Below are positions 27,053 through 32,904 of a stretch of DNA of 32,904 bases, piece after piece. The translations under genes were made by a program, and so were the position numbers. The DNA is from Patescibacteria group bacterium (lineage in GTDB: Bacteria > Patescibacteriota > Minisyncoccia > Ryanbacterales > GWA2-47-10b), in contig JBBTUF010000030.1 of assembly GCA_038063855.1 (NCBI GenBank), positions 679-33,582 of the forward strand, read 5' to 3'. Each line of letters opens with the position of its first letter. Position 1 is the stretch's first letter. The notes under the pieces were generated by a model. That model was given only the letters and a program-made list of their open reading frames with translations. It was not told the origin of the DNA and did not search any database.

Positions 27053-27736
27053 ATGGCTCTCTATATTGTCGCAACACCCATTGGAAATTTAAAAGATATT
27101 ACAATTCGCGCACTCGAAGTATTAAAGAGTGTTGATTATATTGTAGCTGAAGATACTCGAGTGTCGAGCAGGCTACTTGCACGTTATGAAATAAAAAAAC
27201 CGTTATATTCATTTCATGAACACTCATCGGAAGATGCTTTGCAAAAAATAATAACGTTGCTTAAAGAAGATAAAAGTTTTGCGTATATCGTTGATGCAGG
27301 AACTCCGGGCATTTCTGACCCAGGTAATTATCTCGTACAAAAAGTTTCTAGCGAAGCTCCAGAGGTTTTGATCGTACCGATACCAGGGCCATCAGCGCTT
27401 ACAACCGCAATTTCTGTTGCCGGGTTTCAAATGGATAAATTTGTCTTTATGGGGTTTCCTCCACATAAAAAGGGGAGGCAAAAATACTTTCAAGAAGTAT
27501 ACGATGCTCCGTATTCAGTAGTGCTCTACGAATCTCCGCACAGACTTATCAAAACCCTAAAGGAGCTTTCTGAAGTAGGTTTATCAATGTATGAGTGCGT
27601 GCTCATTAAAGAAATTAGTAAGGTTTATGAAAGAATTGTAAGAATGAGTATAGCTGATATGGTTCAAGAATTTTCAAAAGAAAAAAAACAAAAAGGCGAA
27701 TTCGTGTTAGTTATCAACAAGAAAAAGAATAAATAG
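27053..27736 (+). CDS. rsmI: 16S rRNA (cytidine1402-2'-O)-methyltransferase
   Basis: LYIVATPIGNLKDIT.RA, AEDTR, DAGTPGISDPG, IPGPSA, YESPHRL, KGEFVLV. Confidence 0.95.
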   Translation: MALYIVATPIGNLKDITIRALEVLKSVDYIVAEDTRVSSRLLARYEIKKPLYSFHEHSSEDALQKIITLLKEDKSFAYIVDAGTPGISDPGNYLVQKVSSEAPEVLIVPIPGPSALTTAISVAGFQMDKFVFMGFPPHKKGRQKYFQEVYDAPYSVVLYESPHRLIKTLKELSEVGLSMYECVLIKEISKVYERIVRMSIADMVQEFSKEKKQKGEFVLVINKKKNK

Positions 27737-27904
27737 CAAATATTTTTTGCTCGAATAACTTACAATAATAGTAAGGTTTAGTCGTCGGGATTATTGTAAG
27801 GTTTGTGTCTAAGAGTAGGTATTTGCTGGAGGGGGATGGTAATTTTATAAGCTTTTGTATCGAACAGAAGTAGGTTTTTTATTATTAATCAAATTTTTAT
27901 CACA

Positions 27905-30900
27905 ATGGTAAATCAAACTCTAAAGGTCTTTCTCGTTCTGACTCTATTTTTAACAACCGCGATTTCAATTTCTGAATTTTCAATATTTTTGCAGAACACG
28001 GAAGGCTCTGCAATTGGCATACAGCAATTTGCGAATGTTGATTTTGCTCAAAATAATTCTCCTCAAATATTGGAACCGCAGGTTATAGAAACACCTTCTA
28101 CAGTGCCTGAAAAAAATGTAGGATTTGGGTCTGCTGTTGCTCAGGTGCTAGGCGCTTCCACTTCACTTACTGATTCACAAATACAATCTATCATTTCTTT
28201 GCTTCAAGCATTTGGAGCTGATCAGAGTGTTATTACGAATACAAGGATTGCATTGGGAGGAACAGCAACAAGTACTGTAGGCACGTTAACTGTTACAGAA
28301 GATACTGCTGCTTCTCTTACATATAGACTTGCGCAAGCAGGAACTACAGGAGTTACATTTACTCGATTAAAATTTCATGCAACAGGTGAGGCGATAAATG
28401 TAACGCAACTCGCATTGCACCTTACGAATAGCGCATCGAGTTCGCCAGCAGATTTTGTTGGGAACCAAGTGCGATTGTATAAAAATGATGGCGTTACGCT
28501 TGTTGGCGCTGTAACATTTCCTGGCGCGCTTCGACGCGCATCAAGCACTATTACTGATTTTCTAATTCCTGCTGATTCTGATGCGTACATGATTGTAAAA
28601 GGTGATCTTTCACAAATCGGAATTTCTCAAGCCGGCGTTCAAGGTCATTTGATTGCAGTTGATTATGTTAACGACGGAGGTAACGGAAATGCAAGTACCC
28701 GTGGAATAGGTCAAATGTCGGGCACATATGTTTATGCAACATCTCAATCGACACGCGTTGCATCGGTTCGCGTGTTTAGTTCGGTGCCAACGATTGCCGA
28801 TGTAACTACGGGGAATTCGCTTGTGAGTGGAGGTGATCTTTATAAATTTTCAATCACGGCGCCCGCGGCCATTGGTTCAAGCGGATCAAGTGGAGTTCAG
28901 CTTAAAAAAGTAACATTTCGAGTAGCTACATCTTCCAGCTTGGTTGAAGGTTTTAAATTATATGGTCCAAGTGGTGCGGTTAATTCTGTTTCGACAAATA
29001 CTCATCACGATTATACTGGCGGGCCCAACGTTGTTGAGATTGTTTTTGATTCAACTGCTTCCGATCGAATTATAGGAGCGGGGACTGCAAAGACATATTC
29101 TTTACGAGCAACAAATGCAAGTGTGCTCGGAACAGGAGTTGGCTCAGCAAGTATTCAATTGCTTGGTGATTATGCGTACCCAAGTTTACCAAATAGATTT
29201 ATGGGCGACTTTGCTTCTATAAATAGTGCATATTGGCTAAATAATTTTATTTGGTCACCACAAGCGACAACTACTGTTGTAGCGAGCGACAATGATTTTA
29301 CAAATGGATACGGAGTGCCAATTGCAGGTTCGCAAGCTACATTAACTAATAATTTACCAACTCACACATTTACGTATGATAATGGTGGAGGTTCAACGGT
29401 TGCCGCACCAAGCAGTCTTTCCGTTCGCACATACCAAGAGAATGTCTACCCGTCAGGCACCAGGTCGTCACTTAAACTTACATGGCTTGATAATTCCACC
29501 GACGAAAGTTTATTCTTGGTTGATCGCGCAACGAGCACCCCATCTTTCCCCGGCACATGGTTTGTCGCAACCTCGTCACCCGGAGCGTATCTTACTAAGT
29601 CATTTCAAGATACGCATGCTGTGCCCGGCATTACCTATTATTATCGCGTACAGGCATGGAAGCAGATTTGTTCACCGACATGCGCATTTGTTTATTCAGG
29701 ATATTCAAACACTGCCTCGGGGGCGGTGACAGCATCATCCTTACCCGATCTTGCTATTCAGTCTTACAATATTTCTCCAACAGCATTAATTGTGGGGTCG
29801 CCAGTGTCGGTAACAGTGATAGTCCAGAATCAAGGCACAGGTGTTGCAAATAATATTTCTGTTCGAGTTGATTTATGCCCAGCAAGTCCGATTGGTTGCC
29901 CAGTAGGAAATTACACTATAAGTTCTCTCGGGGCTGGACAATCAACAACGGTTAATTTCCCTTCTATATATACGCCAGCAATTTCAGGGCAGTATGATTT
30001 CGACATTTTGATTGATTCCAATAATGCCATTCAAGAATCAAATGAATCAAACAATTCCGTATATCAGTTTCTAACTGTTGCTCCCGCGCCTGTTGTAGAA
30101 GACACCACCCCACCAACAGTTTCTATTACCTCTCCTGCACCATGGAGTACGTACAGCGCAGGGCAGACAGTAACAGTTACTGCTACAGCATTCGATGCAG
30201 GCGATATTTCTAAGGTCGTGTTTTCTAAAAGTGGCTCTGATGTAAATACTGACTATTATGCGCCCTATGAGTTTAGTATGCCAATAACTGGCCTAGGTCA
30301 GCATGCATGGTTTGCTACTGCGTATGATAACAATGGAAATCATACTATGGCAGGGCCAATTTATTTTAATATAACTGCTCCTGTCGTTGAAGACACAACT
30401 CCACCAACAGTTTCTATTACCTCTCCTGCACCATGGAGTACATATATCGTAGGGCAGACTGCGGTAGTTACTGCTTCAGTGTATGACGTTAGTGGAATTT
30501 CTAAAGTTGAATTTTCTGATGGTGGCGCGTTGAAATTTACTGCTACAACCATGCCATACGAATACAGCATGCCAATAACGAGCAGTACGCCATTAGGTCA
30601 GCATGCATGGTTTGCTACTGCGTATGATAACAATGGAAATCATGCTATGGCAGGGCCAATCTACTTTAATATAACTGCTCCTGTTGTGATGTCTTCTTCG
30701 TCTGATTACGCCGCGTCTCAAGTCGCAGGTGCTTATATAGAGAAACCTTTTTCTGTTATGCTCACGGCAAGCCGCCCTGACCTTGGCATTGTAGACGCTA
30801 CCAATTCAGCAGTTCTTCCAATGGCAGGCTCCGTAACACTTTCATGGAATGCGTTAGGCGCGATTGTATGTGTAATCCCTGGATCAAACTTTGGCCTTCT

Positions 30901-31018
30901 CGGATCTTTCGGATCACGACAGACGAATACTATTTACTCAACTCAATTATTCACCCTTTTGTGTAGTGATGGTGAACAGGTCGCGTCACAAGAAATAAAT
31001 ATTTATGTAAATAAATAA
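27905..31018 (+). CDS. Large Ser/Thr-rich surface protein with FN3-like, CARDB-like and two tandem Ig-like domains
   Basis: N-terminal TM; FN3-like LTW.DNS.DE..YYYRVQA; CARDB-like PDL..V.NQG..ESNESNN; two DTTPPTVSITSP..ATAYD..GN domains. Confidence 0.8.
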   Translation: MVNQTLKVFLVLTLFLTTAISISEFSIFLQNTEGSAIGIQQFANVDFAQNNSPQILEPQVIETPSTVPEKNVGFGSAVAQVLGASTSLTDSQIQSIISLLQAFGADQSVITNTRIALGGTATSTVGTLTVTEDTAASLTYRLAQAGTTGVTFTRLKFHATGEAINVTQLALHLTNSASSSPADFVGNQVRLYKNDGVTLVGAVTFPGALRRASSTITDFLIPADSDAYMIVKGDLSQIGISQAGVQGHLIAVDYVNDGGNGNASTRGIGQMSGTYVYATSQSTRVASVRVFSSVPTIADVTTGNSLVSGGDLYKFSITAPAAIGSSGSSGVQLKKVTFRVATSSSLVEGFKLYGPSGAVNSVSTNTHHDYTGGPNVVEIVFDSTASDRIIGAGTAKTYSLRATNASVLGTGVGSASIQLLGDYAYPSLPNRFMGDFASINSAYWLNNFIWSPQATTTVVASDNDFTNGYGVPIAGSQATLTNNLPTHTFTYDNGGGSTVAAPSSLSVRTYQENVYPSGTRSSLKLTWLDNSTDESLFLVDRATSTPSFPGTWFVATSSPGAYLTKSFQDTHAVPGITYYYRVQAWKQICSPTCAFVYSGYSNTASGAVTASSLPDLAIQSYNISPTALIVGSPVSVTVIVQNQGTGVANNISVRVDLCPASPIGCPVGNYTISSLGAGQSTTVNFPSIYTPAISGQYDFDILIDSNNAIQESNESNNSVYQFLTVAPAPVVEDTTPPTVSITSPAPWSTYSAGQTVTVTATAFDAGDISKVVFSKSGSDVNTDYYAPYEFSMPITGLGQHAWFATAYDNNGNHTMAGPIYFNITAPVVEDTTPPTVSITSPAPWSTYIVGQTAVVTASVYDVSGISKVEFSDGGALKFTATTMPYEYSMPITSSTPLGQHAWFATAYDNNGNHAMAGPIYFNITAPVVMSSSSDYAASQVAGAYIEKPFSVMLTASRPDLGIVDATNSAVLPMAGSVTLSWNALGAIVCVIPGSNFGLLGSFGSRQTNTIYSTQLFTLLCSDGEQVASQEINIYVNK
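30086..30685 (+). repeat. Intragenic tandem duplication of an Ig-like domain (291-nt and 300-nt units)
   Basis: Units start at 30086 and 30377. 30110-30150 is identical to 30401-30441; 30294-30360 and 30594-30660 differ at one base. Confidence 0.95.
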
Positions 31019-31170
31019 ATATTTTCACATGATAAAGTTTTGTTAAAAAATATGATACCAAAGATAACAATTATTAAATCTGTATCATCATGAAAAAGTT
31101 TTTTCGCCCAGACAAAGTCGAGTTTGGGTTAGGCATTTAATTACTTAATAGTCAATAATAATTTATTAAT

Positions 31171-32904
31171 ATGAACATATCAAACTTTTTTCAAGACAAA
31201 TCTTTACGGGCATTACTTGTGGGCTCGCTAGCAATTACACTTATTTTGCTTGTGGATATTAATACACATGATATCTCTAAGCAAGAGCTACAGGTTAGCG
31301 GGGCGCTTAATGGGGTGGCTGCGGCAAATCTTATCGATGCCACTGGGGGAGCTCAGTTAGCTGCCGCAGGTATAACGACATTACCTGATCCTGACGGTCT
31401 TACTGCTGTCGCGCTTTCACAGAATTCGATAAAAATTGGATGGTCTTATCCAACGGGCGTTAGCATTAGGGGTTTTTCTATTGAACGAACGCGAGATGTA
31501 TCTTGCGCGACAGGTTTTACCTATTTAACTGCCGTCAGGAAAGGCACGTATACATATACAAATACTGGCCTCCTTGCTAACACTTTTTATTGCTACAGGG
31601 TACAGGCATATCAAAAAGTAGCGAGTTCGTATGTATATTCAGCTTATTCCAATATGGCCGGTGCGACGACCCAAAATATGGCAGGCTCATTAATGATTAA
31701 ACGAGTCGGTTCTGACGATACAGTACAAACCGCTCCTCTGGGTACAGCGGCAAAAGTTGATCAAGGTGTAGCAATAATCGACAACCCAGCGTATTTTAGT
31801 CCGGTTTCAGTAGGTTCCCATATTGCATATGCTAGCGATGTTGCTGGTTTTGAAAAATTAGTAGGCACTTGTTCGTTTGCCCAAGGAACGACCGAATGTT
31901 CAGTAAACTCATTTTCTGTGGTACCCACTCAATCGTGCGATGGCGTTGTGTGTGCTTTTCCGATAGATGTCTCTGCAGGGGTGGTTAGGAAAGTTGTGTT
32001 TAAATATATAGACATTATTTCTCCTCAAAACGCTTCTATCACGAGTCCAATATCACAAACCTACACCACAGCTCAAACAGTATCTATCATAGCTACAGCA
32101 ACTGACAATGTAGGCGTAACTAAAATGGAGTTTTACGACAACTCCGTATTAAAAGGAATCGATGTAACTCCAGCTGATGGCTTCATCTATAGATGGATAG
32201 TATCAGATATTGACAATGGAACTCACTCATGGACTGTCAAAGCTTATGATGCGGCAGGGAATATGAGCGCACTTTCTCCTGATGTAATTCTTGCTGTAAA
32301 CATGTCAACAATTCCACCACTCACTGCATCATGTTCAGTTTCGCCGACAACAATCCTAGTTGGAGGGTCAGCGACTTGGTCTGCGTCTCCATCCGGAGGC
32401 ACAGGTTTCTACACATATGCATGGAGTGGCACGGACAGTCTTACTGGATCTATACAATCAGTCTCTAAGACCTATACACTCACTGGCATCAAGTCAGCAT
32501 CAGTTACGGTAACCTCAGGAACAGAAATTATCACACAAACATGTTCAAACTCGCTAACCGTGAATGCACCTGCATTCGACTTCTCACTTTCTAACGGAGG
32601 CGCACGGTCAGTCGTGCAGGGAAGCTCGGTTACAAACACGGTAACCGCAACACTTCTTGCAGGAGCAACACAGGCAGTAAGCTTTACGGCATCAGGTTTG
32701 CCAGTCGGTGCCACTGCAACATTTTCTCCCGCAAGTTGTAACCCAACCTGTACCACCACACTTACTGTTTCAACTCTCTCAACAACTCCAACAGGCGCAT
32801 CAACCATCACCATTACGGGAACCGGTGGAGTGACACGCACGACATCATTCTCGCTAACCGTGAATGCACCTGCATTCGACTTCTCACTTTCTAACGGAGG
32901 CGCA
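31171..32904 (+). CDS. Second large surface protein (TM, FN3-like, Ig-like, PKD-like domains), truncated by the window end
   Basis: Missing from the ORF track. Hand translation is open for 578 codons: MNISNFFQDKSLRALLVGSLAITLILLV..YCYRVQAY..ATATDNVGVTKMEFY..KAYDAAGN..SGGTGFYTYAWSG..FDFSLSNGGA. Confidence 0.85.
   Translation, partial: MNISNFFQDKSLRALLVGSLAITLILLVDINTHDISKQELQVSGALNGVAAANLIDATGGAQLAAAGITTLPDPDGLTAVALSQNSIKIGWSYPTGVSIRGFSIERTRDVSCATGFTYLTAVRKGTYTYTNTGLLANTFYCYRVQAYQKVASSYVYSAYSNMAGATTQNMAGSLMIKRVGSDDTVQTAPLGTAAKVDQGVAIIDNPAYFSPVSVGSHIAYASDVAGFEKLVGTCSFAQGTTECSVNSFSVVPTQSCDGVVCAFPIDVSAGVVRKVVFKYIDIISPQNASITSPISQTYTTAQTVSIIATATDNVGVTKMEFYDNSVLKGIDVTPADGFIYRWIVSDIDNGTHSWTVKAYDAAGNMSALSPDVILAVNMSTIPPLTASCSVSPTTILVGGSATWSASPSGGTGFYTYAWSGTDSLTGSIQSVSKTYTLTGIKSASVTVTSGTEIITQTCSNSLTVNAPAFDFSLSNGGARSVVQGSSVTNTVTATLLAGATQAVSFTASGLPVGATATFSPASCNPTCTTTLTVSTLSTTPTGASTITITGTGGVTRTTSFSLTVNAPAFDFSLSNGGA
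32550..32904 (+). repeat. 300-nt in-frame tandem repeat unit; second copy cut by the window end
   Basis: 32550-32604 is identical to 32850-32904 (55 nt). Confidence 0.95.

Noticed and set aside
30086-30685. Diversity-generating retroelement TR/VR pair
   Set aside because: Mismatches are not adenine-specific, include an indel, and both copies are in-frame domains. No reverse transcriptase is present in the window.
32472-32840. 122-aa minus-strand ORF
   Set aside because: Antisense shadow of the Thr/Ser-rich 31171 gene.

Overview
AT-rich bacterial fragment in genetic code 11. Gene content and the style of the secreted proteins suggest a Patescibacteria/CPR (Parcubacteria-like) genome; this is inference, since no rRNA marker is present. 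Positions 0.9-15.4 kb hold a surface-glycan locus: Fcl/ColC-like reductase, HIGH-motif nucleotidyltransferase, three SAM methyltransferase domains, GT2 and GT-C glycosyltransferases, rfbF/rfbG, a His-type DegT-family enzyme, an O-antigen-ligase/O-OTase-TPR protein and a WbaP-type priming transferase. Two stand-alone Nudix genes flank and interrupt it. Next come a structured intergenic region, murB, hpf, secA, a cls gene split by one in-frame TAA, several membrane/secreted protein genes, rsmI and two large Ig/FN3 surface-protein genes. The last gene (31171 to window end) is absent from the ORF track and ends in an exact 55-bp repeat. The most unusual signal is 15470-15730: a promoter-hairpin-terminator candidate sRNA, then a 90-nt hairpin flanked by ATGATG direct repeats and carrying a leaderless uORF in frame with murB. 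All functional calls come from motif recognition by eye; no searches were run.
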